Positions 1 to 8,720 of a DNA stretch of 64,000 nt are shown here, in pieces. Below the pieces are notes generated by a model that ran no database searches, had not been told where the DNA came from, and saw only the letters and a program-made list of their open reading frames with translations. Position numbers and translations under genes: made by a program. The DNA is from a virus (lineage: Duplodnaviria > Caudoviricetes): the IMG/VR virus record IMGVR_UViG_3300044614_001923. One strand, 5' to 3'. Numbering within the stretch: the stretch's first letter is position 1; each line of letters starts with the position of its first letter.

Positions 1-101
1 TGAACCCAGAGTAATGAACGATTGTTGATGATACCAAACTGCCAAGTGTGGTCGGCAATACCATCGTCCCAAACTTTCTTATCGTATTGGAAGAGTTTCA
101 T
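1..101 (-). CDS. hypothetical protein, 3' end runs off the window (MKLFQYDKKVWDDG...)
   Basis: ATG at 101 overlaps the stop of the upstream ORF; frame open to the window edge; N-terminus resembles ORF 5921..6196. Confidence 0.55.
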   Translation of the reverse strand, partial: MKLFQYDKKVWDDGIADHTWQFGIINNRSLLWV

Positions 102-340
102 TCTTCACCTTCCCAGTCAATCTCAACGGTTTCAAATTGTTCTACATTAGTATAAGGCATAGGATTTGCTGGTCCTCCCATCTCATAATGGATTTTATCA
201 AACAATTCTTGAAGCACTAAACTCTCAAATCCTTCTTGGTCTGGATAATCCTCCCAGTCCTCAAACATTTCAGTTGTGGGAGCAACTGTGAGAGTTCGGG
301 TGTAAGTTACTGTGACAGCTTTGAGTGGGATTTTAGTCAT
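98..340 (-). CDS. hypothetical acidic phage protein
   Basis: ORF track; 4-nt overlaps with both neighbours. Confidence 0.7.
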   Translation of the reverse strand: MTKIPLKAVTVTYTRTLTVAPTTEMFEDWEDYPDQEGFESLVLQELFDKIHYEMGGPANPMPYTNVEQFETVEIDWEGEE

Positions 341-525
341 TTCAGTTCATCAAGTTTCTCATTCACAAAACCAGTCATATCAATTGTGCGAGGATCTACA
401 CCTTCATCAAGGCAATCAAGGTGAAACTCCATAACAGCACCCAGAATCAAACATGCTTTGCGTTTATCATCCAGTGGTTGAGCAATGTAATTGACAATGT
501 GCTCGTAGAGTTGGTCGTAGGTCAT
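337..525 (-). CDS. hypothetical protein (start moved to MTYDQ)
   Basis: ORF track 337..567, but a -10 box at 547-552 lies inside the extension. Confidence 0.65.
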   Translation of the reverse strand: MTYDQLYEHIVNYIAQPLDDKRKACLILGAVMEFHLDCLDEGVDPRTIDMTGFVNEKLDELK

Positions 526-546
526 CGGTTTGATGTGTATGAAGTC

Positions 547-604
547 ATTATAAGGCAAAAAGGGCACCTGTTGAGATGCCCTGTGCCAGTTCTTCAGGTG
601 TCCT
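547..604 (-). promoter_or_regulatory. early-type promoter element: palindrome GTGCCAG-N8-GTGTCCT, 30 nt, TATAAT; internal hairpin+U tract
   Basis: copy of a motif seen 8 times with conserved spacing; hairpin AGGGCA/TGCCCT followed by TTTT on the minus strand. Confidence 0.75.
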
Positions 605-896
605 TGTATTTCTCTTCTACTTCTTTCACACGCTCTATGAAACTATCATCACCATGATCACCACTATACAGATAATCAATGTGACGCATAATCTCTGACA
701 TCTTACGCATTTTGGGCAGTTGTTCTTTCAGATACTCAATTACATCAGGATCATGGTTAGGATACCATTTCTCACCATAGTATCCACTATCATCTTTTAC
801 TTTACCGTTGTTGAGGATTTCTTCTTCCAACTCATCAGCAAACTGTGATACCTTGTAGTAATCGTAACCACAATCTCCAAAGTGGCCTCCGCTCAT
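594..896 (-). CDS. hypothetical phage protein (MSGGHF...)
   Basis: ORF track; 4-nt overlap with upstream gene. Confidence 0.75.
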   Translation of the reverse strand: MSGGHFGDCGYDYYKVSQFADELEEEILNNGKVKDDSGYYGEKWYPNHDPDVIEYLKEQLPKMRKMSEIMRHIDYLYSGDHGDDSFIERVKEVEEKYKDT

Positions 897-1180
897 GGTT
901 GCTCCTCCGTCGTCACAGGCGGTGCAGGGGGTGCCACAGGTGGCAGTGTGGTAGTTTGAGGTTCTGGGGTCAGCACAGACGCTTCTGGGGCGGTCTCAGG
1001 CAGCGTCACGGGTGCTGGTTTGGAAAGGTCTTCGAGTTTCTGATCCAGTTGGATCAGTTTCTGATCTAATTCAGTTGATGATTGTTGTGAGCTTGCTTCA
1101 GTAAGTTTCCATCCAGCAGCAGCAGCAGCAAAAATACTCGCAAGGGCAGCAACAGTTGAAATGGTCTTTGTGAAACTCAT
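893..1180 (-). CDS. small protein with N-terminal hydrophobic helix, coiled coil and Pro-rich tail
   Basis: ISTVAALASIFAAAAAGW; PAPVTLP...PPVAPPAPP. Confidence 0.7.
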   Translation of the reverse strand: MSFTKTISTVAALASIFAAAAAGWKLTEASSQQSSTELDQKLIQLDQKLEDLSKPAPVTLPETAPEASVLTPEPQTTTLPPVAPPAPPVTTEEQP

Positions 1181-1359
1181 TCTTCCTCCAATTCTTCTTC
1201 TACAGGGAACATAGCATCATACTCTTCGTCAGTTAGAGTAAGATACTGGACATTAGCATCTCGGTGTTCTTCGGCATAAACCAATCGGTAATGATCAAAG
1301 TCATCAAGATCGGTGCTGCCATATTCTACAACACCATCAACCAAACACAAGTAGTTCAT
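1177..1359 (-). CDS. hypothetical protein
   Basis: ORF track; tight packing. Confidence 0.65.
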   Translation of the reverse strand: MNYLCLVDGVVEYGSTDLDDFDHYRLVYAEEHRDANVQYLTLTDEEYDAMFPVEEELEEE

Positions 1360-1360
1360 T

Positions 1361-1495
1361 TTAAGAAACTGTCTCAGGATTCCAATAATAGTAATATTCT
1401 TCTTCAGTCATAGCAAATACTTTTGCCATTTCTTCAAGATCTTCATCAGAGATGTCGAAGATTTCACCAGGCATGTCTTGGATCTCTTCAAGCAT
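1361..1495 (-). CDS. hypothetical acidic protein (start moved to MLEEIQ)
   Basis: ORF track 1361..1573, but promoter element 1523-1580 occupies the extension. Confidence 0.55.
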   Translation of the reverse strand: MLEEIQDMPGEIFDISDEDLEEMAKVFAMTEEEYYYYWNPETVS

Positions 1496-1522
1496 TTGAG
1501 GCGTTCCCTTGACTACCTTTAT

Positions 1523-1580
1523 AGTATAGAGCAAAACACACCCTCCACAATAGAAGGTGTGCCAGTTTTTCAAGTGTCAC
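1523..1580 (-). promoter_or_regulatory. early-type promoter element: GTGCCAG-N8-GTGTCAC, 30 nt, TATACT
   Basis: repeated motif with conserved spacing. Confidence 0.75.
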
Positions 1581-1597
1581 TTGATCATGTTCTTTAG

Positions 1598-1819
1598 TTA
1601 TTCAACATTACAATCAGAATGCCATTTTGCTTGAGATTTGCAGAACTTTTCTTTTGCAGAATAACCAATTTCAGAACTTGGTGAACTCTTAAGATTTTCC
1701 ATTGCTTGTTGTTTATAATATGATTTGTAAAGATTGTCATCACGCTGGATTAAAAATACATTCCAACCAATAATAGATAAGAATCCAATCAATCCAGCGA
1801 TAACATACTTACGATTCAT
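1598..1819 (-). CDS. small membrane protein
   Basis: N-terminal hydrophobic segment YVIAGLIGFLSIIGW. Confidence 0.65.
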   Translation of the reverse strand: MNRKYVIAGLIGFLSIIGWNVFLIQRDDNLYKSYYKQQAMENLKSSPSSEIGYSAKEKFCKSQAKWHSDCNVE

Positions 1820-2223
1820 TTGTTCATTTGGAGAGTAGGGACGGGCATTCCACCTTCTGTGGGAACATAGATGGTCACGTTACCATTCTTACTGCCATCT
1901 TCCAAACCAGTGATATACAGATACTGAAGATACTCACGGTTATCTTTCAGCGAATCACCGATGATTTGGTTTGCTTTAGCAACACCAGTAGCACGGATAA
2001 TTTCAGCATCAGCAAGTTGTTGTGCTGAATCTTTCTTTGCCTGAGCTTCAAGAACTGCTACCTGGCGAGTATATTCTGCCTTCTGCAGTTCTGCTTTACC
2101 AGCAAGAGATTGTTGCCACACATTATAGAGTGGTCCACCAAAGAATAACAGAGCAACAACAACTACAACTCCACCACCAAGAGCAATAGCAACAGGAGTG
2201 TTGGGATCATTATAACGAGTCAT
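1816..2223 (-). CDS. membrane-anchored coiled-coil protein (SPFH/band-7-like stalk)
   Basis: TM segment, AxAE/AQA heptads, C-terminal IYVPTEGGMP. Confidence 0.6.
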   Translation of the reverse strand: MTRYNDPNTPVAIALGGGVVVVVALLFFGGPLYNVWQQSLAGKAELQKAEYTRQVAVLEAQAKKDSAQQLADAEIIRATGVAKANQIIGDSLKDNREYLQYLYITGLEDGSKNGNVTIYVPTEGGMPVPTLQMNK

Positions 2224-2226
2224 AAT

Positions 2227-2460
2227 TCAAATCTTAACGTAATTCAGATGTTCTTGTTTTGTGAAAAGTTTATTATAAAGGGAACTTACAGATCCATATT
2301 GATTTGTAAGGGTATTTTCATTTCTTTTATCAAGACTATTCAGTGCAGATAGAAGAATTTGTAGTTCATTCTCATTTAAAGAAATGAGAGTATGAACATT
2401 AACGGTAGTGTCAGTCATCAACTTTTTTCCTTCGGTTTTGTGGAAATTGGTTCTTCCCAA
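2227..2460 (-). CDS. hypothetical protein (likely start MTDTT)
   Basis: ORF track. Confidence 0.55.
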   Translation of the reverse strand: MGRTNFHKTEGKKLMTDTTVNVHTLISLNENELQILLSALNSLDKRNENTLTNQYGSVSSLYNKLFTKQEHLNYVKI

Positions 2461-2691
2461 TTGGGACTATTTGCATTGAGCACATAATTGATGAATATTC
2501 CACCAATCATAGATCCAGTGAAAGCAAAAAGGAAAGTAATCAAGATTCTTCTCCAAATTTCAAAAAGTTTTTAGCAGATTCAACACCAACATCAAAGTTT
2601 AATTTAAAAGTTTGCCAGTCTTCATCTTTTTCATCTGGTTCTTTTTGAAAGTATTGAACATATATTTCATATGCTGGGTGCTTTTTGTCTA

Positions 2692-2868
2692 TCATACATC
2701 ATATCCTTCTGATTTTAGAATTGCTCGTCGGGCATCGTATGCTTGAAATTCAGAAGCAAACTCAGCAATCTTTTGGAAAGGATTGCGCCTATACAATCCC
2801 CAACGTGATGTGCCAATCATACCACGAATAACATACGGATTGTCAACACCAAGAGGATAGGGTTTCAT
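2692..2868 (-). CDS. small hypothetical protein (MKPYPLGVDNPY..., 58 aa)
   Basis: read manually; ATG overlaps the stop of 2865..3056; below the ORF-track cutoff. Confidence 0.55.
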   Translation of the reverse strand: MKPYPLGVDNPYVIRGMIGTSRWGLYRRNPFQKIAEFASEFQAYDARRAILKSEGYDV

Positions 2869-3056
2869 TTGATTTCACCTTCAGCGATAAGATTCAAAAT
2901 TTCACGGCATGTTACTTGCAGTACATAAGGATCATTAAGTTTATGATCTTCATAAAGATCAAACATGTCAGTATTGCAGTAAGTATCAATAATCAGTTTA
3001 CATGCATCGTAGAGAGCAGCAACGTGATGTGCCCGAGAAGGAAATGAAACAGTCAT
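2865..3056 (-). CDS. hypothetical protein
   Basis: ORF track; directly downstream of promoter element 3079-3137. Confidence 0.7.
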   Translation of the reverse strand: MTVSFPSRAHHVAALYDACKLIIDTYCNTDMFDLYEDHKLNDPYVLQVTCREILNLIAEGEIK

Positions 3057-3078
3057 TGGTTTTCTTGACTACCCCTAT

Positions 3079-3137
3079 ATTATAAACTCACTGAGACCCA
3101 TCCAGGAGCGCCTGTGTGCCACTTTTAAAAGCGTCTA
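3079..3137 (-). promoter_or_regulatory. early-type promoter element: GTGCCAC-N8-GCGTCTA, 31 nt, TATAAT
   Basis: repeated motif with conserved spacing. Confidence 0.7.
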
Positions 3138-3139
3138 CT

Positions 3140-3571
3140 TTACTCTATATGATCAGTCATTAATATACCATCAAGATGCTCTATTTCATGTTGAACGATC
3201 CTTGCACTTAATCCACTATAAGTCTCAAAATGAGGTTTTCCTTTTGTATCTCTATACTTTACTACAACCTCTTTGTGTCTTTTAAGATCAATGTATGTTT
3301 CTGGAATTGATAAACAACCTTCATTTCCATATTCAAATTCTTCAGAAATTTTAACAATTTCTGGATTTATCATTACAATTGGAACATCTTCGTGAAGAAT
3401 AATGATTATACGTTTTAAAATTCCTACTTGATTTCCTGCAAGACCTATTCCTCCAGAGGAAAGCATTACTTCAACCATTGATGAACAAATTGTTCTTATA
3501 CTATCATCAACCTTTGAAATTCTTTTAGATTTTTGCCTTAGGACTCTCTGATTGCCCGTTAGTATTTCCAT
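3140..3571 (-). CDS. def: peptide deformylase
   Basis: all three PDF motifs: GIGLAGNQVG, EGCLSIP, QHEIEHLDGIL; likely start MEILTG at 3571 (track 3628). Confidence 0.95.
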   Translation of the reverse strand: MEILTGNQRVLRQKSKRISKVDDSIRTICSSMVEVMLSSGGIGLAGNQVGILKRIIIILHEDVPIVMINPEIVKISEEFEYGNEGCLSIPETYIDLKRHKEVVVKYRDTKGKPHFETYSGLSARIVQHEIEHLDGILMTDHIE

Positions 3572-3664
3572 ATGTCTGATGCAAATTTTTAAGAGCCTCC
3601 AAAACTTCTGGAGTCTCTTCCCATTCATATGTATCCCCAGATTTAGTTACATAAGTTCTTGTTG

Positions 3665-4693
3665 TCATAATTCAATCCACCTATCGTTTTTAAGAGTCCA
3701 GTTTACAACTTCTGAAATGCGTTCTTTAACTGATTTTTTAGGAACCCACCCCATAACTTTCATTTTATCACCATCAAGTGCATAACGCAAATCATGACCA
3801 GGACGTGAAGAATGAAAATCTACAAATTGATACTTAAGTTCTTTATCTTGAACTTCAGCAATAATACGCGCAAGTTCAAGATTATTAAGTTCCTCAGATC
3901 CAACAATATTAAACTTGGGGCACTTTGCACCTCCCCAAACATTTTGTGTAATTTCAGTTTTGTTTATTAGAAACATAATAGCAGACGCAACATCCTCTGC
4001 ATGAATATAATGCCTTGATCCAGGTACTGTTTTTGTAGAGTCGCTATGAATAGTGACAACTTCACCATCACGCACCTTACGAATACACATTGGAATATAT
4101 TTTTCAGGATGTTGTCTCTGCCCAAATACATTCATTGTATGGGTAATATAGACGGGTAGATTATATGTGTTGTGATACGCTACTGCTAATTCTTCTCCAC
4201 CTGCTTTTGTTGCACTATAAGGATTTGTTGAATTGTACCTATCATTTTCTTCAAACTTAATACCATCTGGTGCTGGTCCAAATACTTCATCAGTACTGAA
4301 ATATACAAATCTCTCAAGATTGTCTTGAGTTCTTGCATATTCAAGAATATTGCAGGTTCCCACAACATTATCAAGAACAAACTCCATAGGATAAAGAATG
4401 CTGCGATCAACATGAGATCCTGCGGCAAGATGAAGAATGTAATTAACTTCTCCAATATTTGCTTTTACCAGTGGATTGATTTCTGCTTTCAGATCATGAA
4501 AGACAATCTTTACCCGTTTACGTGTTTCTTCATCATGATTCGTCATAAGCAAATCATGAAGCCTGTTTAGATTTCCACTATAATCCAAACGATCAAGACT
4601 AACAACTTCCCAATCAGTAAGTTTTAGAATCTGACCAATAAGATGATGGGCAATAAAACCAGCACCGCCAGTTACCAATACACGTTTACTCAT
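3665..4693 (-). CDS. rmlB: dTDP-glucose 4,6-dehydratase-like NAD-dependent epimerase/dehydratase
   Basis: GGAGFIA Rossmann motif, HLAAGSHVDRSI, STDEVFG, YSATK, RPGHDLRYALD. Confidence 0.85.
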   Translation of the reverse strand: MSKRVLVTGGAGFIAHHLIGQILKLTDWEVVSLDRLDYSGNLNRLHDLLMTNHDEETRKRVKIVFHDLKAEINPLVKANIGEVNYILHLAAGSHVDRSILYPMEFVLDNVVGTCNILEYARTQDNLERFVYFSTDEVFGPAPDGIKFEENDRYNSTNPYSATKAGGEELAVAYHNTYNLPVYITHTMNVFGQRQHPEKYIPMCIRKVRDGEVVTIHSDSTKTVPGSRHYIHAEDVASAIMFLINKTEITQNVWGGAKCPKFNIVGSEELNNLELARIIAEVQDKELKYQFVDFHSSRPGHDLRYALDGDKMKVMGWVPKKSVKERISEVVNWTLKNDRWIEL

Positions 4694-4965
4694 AGTTTTC
4701 CTCCAACTTTCCCCTCATAAGTTTTGGATTCAGAGAAACCTTCCTGCCGCCCTTTAAGGTAAAAACGGGTTGCTGAAATACATTGCTCTTTAGTGAGAGA
4801 TGTGATAAGTCCCTTCCCATCAGTGTCAACCGAGTACCAAAGTCCATACTTTTTTTGTTCAATATAAAAGCAATTGTCAATCAGTTCTCCTTTTTGTTTT
4901 AAATCTTCGGATCCCAATTGCTCCAGTTCCTTTGAGTTTTCTTGCGTAGTTGTCTCGGTAGTCAT
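4690..4965 (-). CDS. hypothetical phage protein
   Basis: ORF track; overlaps next start; cyanophage-like FYIEQKKYGLW...GKL. Confidence 0.65.
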   Translation of the reverse strand: MTTETTTQENSKELEQLGSEDLKQKGELIDNCFYIEQKKYGLWYSVDTDGKGLITSLTKEQCISATRFYLKGRQEGFSESKTYEGKVGGKL

Positions 4966-5119
4966 CGTATGGAAAATATGCGTTGTGTTGTAGTTTTTTC
5001 TTTCCGTCCTTTATAAACCATTCTAAGGCATATGGGAAAGTTTCATGAAAAGGTTTTACTTCAAGATTTTGATCACTGACCCTTTTGTTAATCATTTTTG
5101 CCTTCCGTGAATTGAACAC
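4877..5119 (-). CDS. hypothetical basic protein
   Basis: ORF track; long overlap with 4690..4965 makes boundaries uncertain. Confidence 0.45.
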   Translation of the reverse strand: MFNSRKAKMINKRVSDQNLEVKPFHETFPYALEWFIKDGKKKLQHNAYFPYDDYRDNYARKLKGTGAIGIRRFKTKRRTD

Positions 5120-5943
5120 TCGACGTCAATCCATTTTTTATCATCGGGCATTTCTTCATTATCAAGAATAGGGCAGATACATCCTGCTTCTCTTGCCTCA
5201 ATAGATCCAGGAATAAGACCATTCCATGCTTTAGCGGGTTCATTAGTAGTGACTTTCATCATACCCTGATCCCACATATCTTTGTTGGAGATGTCCTCTT
5301 CCCAGTAATCATAACCACGCTTTACTTTTTCAGTGATGGGTTCCTGATCAGGAGTGGTCATATAATATTCTGCTTCACGCAGATTATACTCATGACACTT
5401 TTGCTTTTCTTCGTCAGATGCCGCTTTGTCGCACATTGCATCCATTTCAGCGTCAGTATATTTCAGTGCTTCTATATCACTATGTCCTAATGAAGGCATG
5501 GTATCATTTGCCCTTTTTTCATTTTCAAGAGATACCAGTTTATGATAAACTGCCCAATATCTTTCTTCCCAATGTGGATTATTTTTTTCAATCCATTCAT
5601 TATCCAACTTTTTACGATCTTCAATGATGTCAGGAAGTTGTTCTGACATAATCAGTTCATATTCTTCAGCAACTTCACGCATGGTTTTCTCATCATTCAT
5701 TTCATTGAATGCGAGATTACAGGCACCCTGCATAATGTTCTTTTCACTGAAACCAACAGACATCAAGAACTTTCTGAACAGTCCAAAATACTGATGATAA
5801 TTCATCTCAATGTTAGGTGTCTGAATGACAATACTCTCATCATCAAGAAGTTCTGGAAATGAATTTTTGCTATAGTAAGGAGGAACACCCTTACTAAAGT
5901 ATTCAAATTTGATGTAACCTTCAGTTGCCATTGCGAAGTTCAT
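5092..5943 (-). CDS. hypothetical protein with C-terminal Cys/His motif (GCICP...VECSIHG)
   Basis: 283-aa ORF; likely start MATEG. Confidence 0.75.
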   Translation of the reverse strand: MNFAMATEGYIKFEYFSKGVPPYYSKNSFPELLDDESIVIQTPNIEMNYHQYFGLFRKFLMSVGFSEKNIMQGACNLAFNEMNDEKTMREVAEEYELIMSEQLPDIIEDRKKLDNEWIEKNNPHWEERYWAVYHKLVSLENEKRANDTMPSLGHSDIEALKYTDAEMDAMCDKAASDEEKQKCHEYNLREAEYYMTTPDQEPITEKVKRGYDYWEEDISNKDMWDQGMMKVTTNEPAKAWNGLIPGSIEAREAGCICPILDNEEMPDDKKWIDVECSIHGRQK

Positions 5944-6196
5944 CCAAAGTTATGTTAGTATCATAGCACCAGTTCCAGTGCCGCGCAAGCAGGTCAAGAC
6001 AGAATCCAAACCGCCACAGGGTCATAAGAAAACTAAAGATTCTACCATTCCCTGACGTAATTTGTACATATGGCCAACCACCATATTCATTATAATCAAA
6101 GGACACTTGAAGGAGAGAGTACTCTCCAAGTGTCAGAAATGAAAAATAAATCTCATGTCCAAAATCATATCTTTTATTAAATTGAAATAGTTTCAT
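5921..6196 (-). CDS. hypothetical aromatic-rich protein
   Basis: ORF track; 4-nt overlap with upstream gene. Confidence 0.7.
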   Translation of the reverse strand: MKLFQFNKRYDFGHEIYFSFLTLGEYSLLQVSFDYNEYGGWPYVQITSGNGRIFSFLMTLWRFGFCLDLLARHWNWCYDTNITLDELRNGN

Positions 6197-6588
6197 CGTC
6201 CTGTCACATCTTCATAATCTTTTAGCACACCATTTCTAAAATGTAGATTTAAACGTGGCCAATCTTCCCATTTACCCTTCCAATTTTCGGGATATACCTC
6301 AACATATTTGGTAATATGATGTGGTACATATTTACCATGCTCACCTGTTGGAATCCATTCAAAGTTTAAAAACTTTCTATCATGATTATAACGAGGATCA
6401 TTTTCCCTAATGATCTCAAAAGTATTTGTGCCAGTATAATTTGGATACCACAATTGGCCACTGGGATCTAACCAGTAGTGAGTCATTGTTCCTCCAATAC
6501 AATCTTCAATATCTTTGGTTTGACACACTACATTTGTAAACTGTTCTCCAAGATTGTATGAAGATCTAAAATAGTCGAACATTCCCAT
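6193..6588 (-). CDS. conserved hypothetical phage protein (MGMFDY...QTKD)
   Basis: ORF track; coupled start/stop. Confidence 0.75.
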   Translation of the reverse strand: MGMFDYFRSSYNLGEQFTNVVCQTKDIEDCIGGTMTHYWLDPSGQLWYPNYTGTNTFEIIRENDPRYNHDRKFLNFEWIPTGEHGKYVPHHITKYVEVYPENWKGKWEDWPRLNLHFRNGVLKDYEDVTGR

Positions 6589-6992
6589 CAGTCTTCGCCC
6601 TCCAATCCCAAGTAATCATCTAATGATAATTCTACATCATCAGTGAGATCTTGCAAACGTTTCATGAAGTCTTCATCAATTGGAATTAATTTTTCTTTAC
6701 CAGTTTCAACATCATATGCTAACTGCATCAGATATTCAAGAAACTCTTTAGGGTAACATTCATCCTCTCCAAGAGATACCCAGAACCACTCATAACATTC
6801 TTCGAATGGATCATCAGTATGTATCAAAGAATAATCGGAATAATTATCCGTCATCAGATCGCACCAAATACGGAAAGATCCTCGAATATTTTGCCATCCA
6901 GTCATCCAACAATGACCAATCCAATATTCCCACCAGTTTAACTTGGTAGATAATTTTTTATCTGTAGACAAAACTGCTTTAGAGTGAATCAT
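6588..6992 (-). CDS. hypothetical Trp-rich protein
   Basis: ORF track; coupled start/stop. Confidence 0.7.
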   Translation of the reverse strand: MIHSKAVLSTDKKLSTKLNWWEYWIGHCWMTGWQNIRGSFRIWCDLMTDNYSDYSLIHTDDPFEECYEWFWVSLGEDECYPKEFLEYLMQLAYDVETGKEKLIPIDEDFMKRLQDLTDDVELSLDDYLGLEGED

Positions 6993-6995
6993 GAT

Positions 6996-7217
6996 TTAGG
7001 TACTTTTTATTTCTTCCTTTATGTATATTTTGGACGGTTCATCATTCCAATGTCTTACTGCGTTAGCAACAATAGCAACATTAGTAATAAGATAAGTGAA
7101 GAATATAAAAGTTCGTACAATAGCAATTATATCTGCTTCTCTATCACATTTAGACCCCTTTTCCCCAAGTGCCTTTGCCCAAATTCTCCATATTGTTTTA
7201 TTTTTTTTCTTTTTCAT
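6996..7217 (-). CDS. small membrane protein
   Basis: basic N-terminus, one TM segment (IIAIVRTFIFFTYLITNVAIVA). Confidence 0.7.
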   Translation of the reverse strand: MKKKKNKTIWRIWAKALGEKGSKCDREADIIAIVRTFIFFTYLITNVAIVANAVRHWNDEPSKIYIKEEIKST

Positions 7218-7410
7218 CTCTTTGCTTCGGTTTAGAACACTCCAAACAAACTGTAGAATATCCAGATTTGAATGATTTTACTGTTTGAAAATTATCAGAG
7301 TCTAAAGGTTTTTCTTCCTTGCAAAACTGACAAGTATATTTACTTGGGACAGATAATAATATCTTTTGCCCCATTATTTTTAATGTAAGATTCCCAAAAA
7401 ATTGCATCAT
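7198..7410 (-). CDS. small Zn-finger-like protein (CxxC...CxxC)
   Basis: CQFC and CLEC pairs. Confidence 0.55.
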   Translation of the reverse strand: MMQFFGNLTLKIMGQKILLSVPSKYTCQFCKEEKPLDSDNFQTVKSFKSGYSTVCLECSKPKQRDEKEKK

Positions 7411-7482
7411 CTAATTTCAGAAACGTTGCTACTTGTTTAGAAAAACCTTTTTTCTTAGGTTGAAGGTAACGGACTTCAAAGA

Positions 7483-7707
7483 TCATTTTTCACTATCCTT
7501 AAGAACTTGAATTTTAGAATAATCAGAAGGGTACACTATAACAAGTGGAGGTTGTCTTCCCTGTGCAGGAGTAAGAGAAATTACAACATATGAGGAGCAA
7601 ATAAATTTAATTGTCCCATATAATCCTTTATAGGAAACTTCTGATTTTTCAGCAAACATTTTTAAAGTAAGGAATAAACAACCATTCTTCAGGTTCTTCA
7701 GAATCAA
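7483..7707 (-). CDS. hypothetical protein (likely start MFAEK)
   Basis: ORF track. Confidence 0.55.
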   Translation of the reverse strand: MILKNLKNGCLFLTLKMFAEKSEVSYKGLYGTIKFICSSYVVISLTPAQGRQPPLVIVYPSDYSKIQVLKDSEK

Positions 7708-7897
7708 TTACAAACTCTTCAAAAAGAGAGTGTGCATCGTCAAAAAGTTCTTCTTCAACAAGAACTTCTAAACGATGACAATAATTTTCTTCAATCAGAT
7801 AGATTGTATAATCTTTATCTGTACTAAGATGCATAAAGAAGAGTCTCCAGAGGATTTTGATTGAGAGGCATTGCAGTATATGCCCTCGTGTTTTCAA
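7649..7897 (-). CDS. hypothetical acidic protein (likely start MHLST)
   Basis: ORF track. Confidence 0.55.
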   Translation of the reverse strand: MKTRGHILQCLSIKILWRLFFMHLSTDKDYTIYLIEENYCHRLEVLVEEELFDDAHSLFEEFVIDSEEPEEWLFIPYFKNVC

Positions 7898-8120
7898 TGT
7901 TTACTTTGCTACCAACCTTTGATGAATTAATTGGTGCGTAGTATTCTTTTTTCTTTGGACTATAAAATCCCCAGATTGTTTTTGTCAGTTTCCCATTATT
8001 ATAATCAAATTTTCTATGACACATTAACCAGATTGAAATCAATCTTGTATTGTATTGCTCATAGATGTATGAGTATCCTTCTGGAGGATTGTGGGGAAAA
8101 TCAATCATCAGAAACTGCAC
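7824..8120 (-). CDS. conserved hypothetical cyanophage protein (FPHNPPEGYSY...TRAYTAM)
   Basis: ORF track; recognisable cyanophage-type sequence. Confidence 0.7.
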   Translation of the reverse strand: MQFLMIDFPHNPPEGYSYIYEQYNTRLISIWLMCHRKFDYNNGKLTKTIWGFYSPKKKEYYAPINSSKVGSKVNIENTRAYTAMPLNQNPLETLLYAS

Positions 8121-8262
8121 GAATACGATCAGGACTGCAACCTTGACCCAAAAAACTTTCCAATTTTTGTACAGTTTCAGATTTAGTTAGTTTACAAGCG
8201 TCATGCTCAATAAGTTCCCAACCAGTTGTTCCCAACTCTTCAATGCGATACAGTTTTTCCAT
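8101..8262 (-). CDS. small hypothetical protein (MEKLYRIEELGTTGWEL..., 53 aa)
   Basis: read manually; fills the gap between two genes. Confidence 0.6.
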   Translation of the reverse strand: MEKLYRIEELGTTGWELIEHDACKLTKSETVQKLESFLGQGCSPDRIRAVSDD

Positions 8263-8267
8263 AGTTA

Positions 8268-8516
8268 TCAAGTTGTAAATGCATCAACAATACCACATTC
8301 CTCATCATTATTCGCAAGTTCAAACCGTTGAGCAGTTGCAACCTTAGGGGCAATTAGATGCTTATATTTTTCCGCATCAATCTCCCCAAACTCGGAAGAT
8401 GCTTGAGAAAGGATGTCAAAACACTCATCGTCATCATGGGCAACTACAGAAATAGTCCCACCATACTCAGATGCAGGAAAAGGAACCCAGTAGTCAATAA
8501 GATAAAGAAATTTCAT
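8268..8516 (-). CDS. conserved hypothetical cyanophage protein (YLIDYWVPFPASEYGG)
   Basis: ORF track; downstream of a sigma70-like promoter. Confidence 0.75.
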   Translation of the reverse strand: MKFLYLIDYWVPFPASEYGGTISVVAHDDDECFDILSQASSEFGEIDAEKYKHLIAPKVATAQRFELANNDEECGIVDAFTT

Positions 8517-8556
8517 TGTAGTAAGTGATACCTCCGTAATTGGTAGTTATGTAGTT

Positions 8557-8585
8557 AGTATAGTATGTTCAGGACTTTTTGTAAA
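8557..8585 (-). promoter_or_regulatory. sigma70-like promoter TTTACA-N17-TATACT
   Basis: near-consensus hexamers with 17-nt spacer upstream of 8516. Confidence 0.65.
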
Positions 8586-8720
8586 GAGAAAGTTGCCTCT
8601 CGATCTCATATTTAATGGGAATGAGATGAGAAACAAAATACTTTTCCCATTCATTGCCTGCCATCAAACTGACAATATTATCCACTTGCATATTCGCAAG
8701 GATCAGTTTTGTTTGATCAT

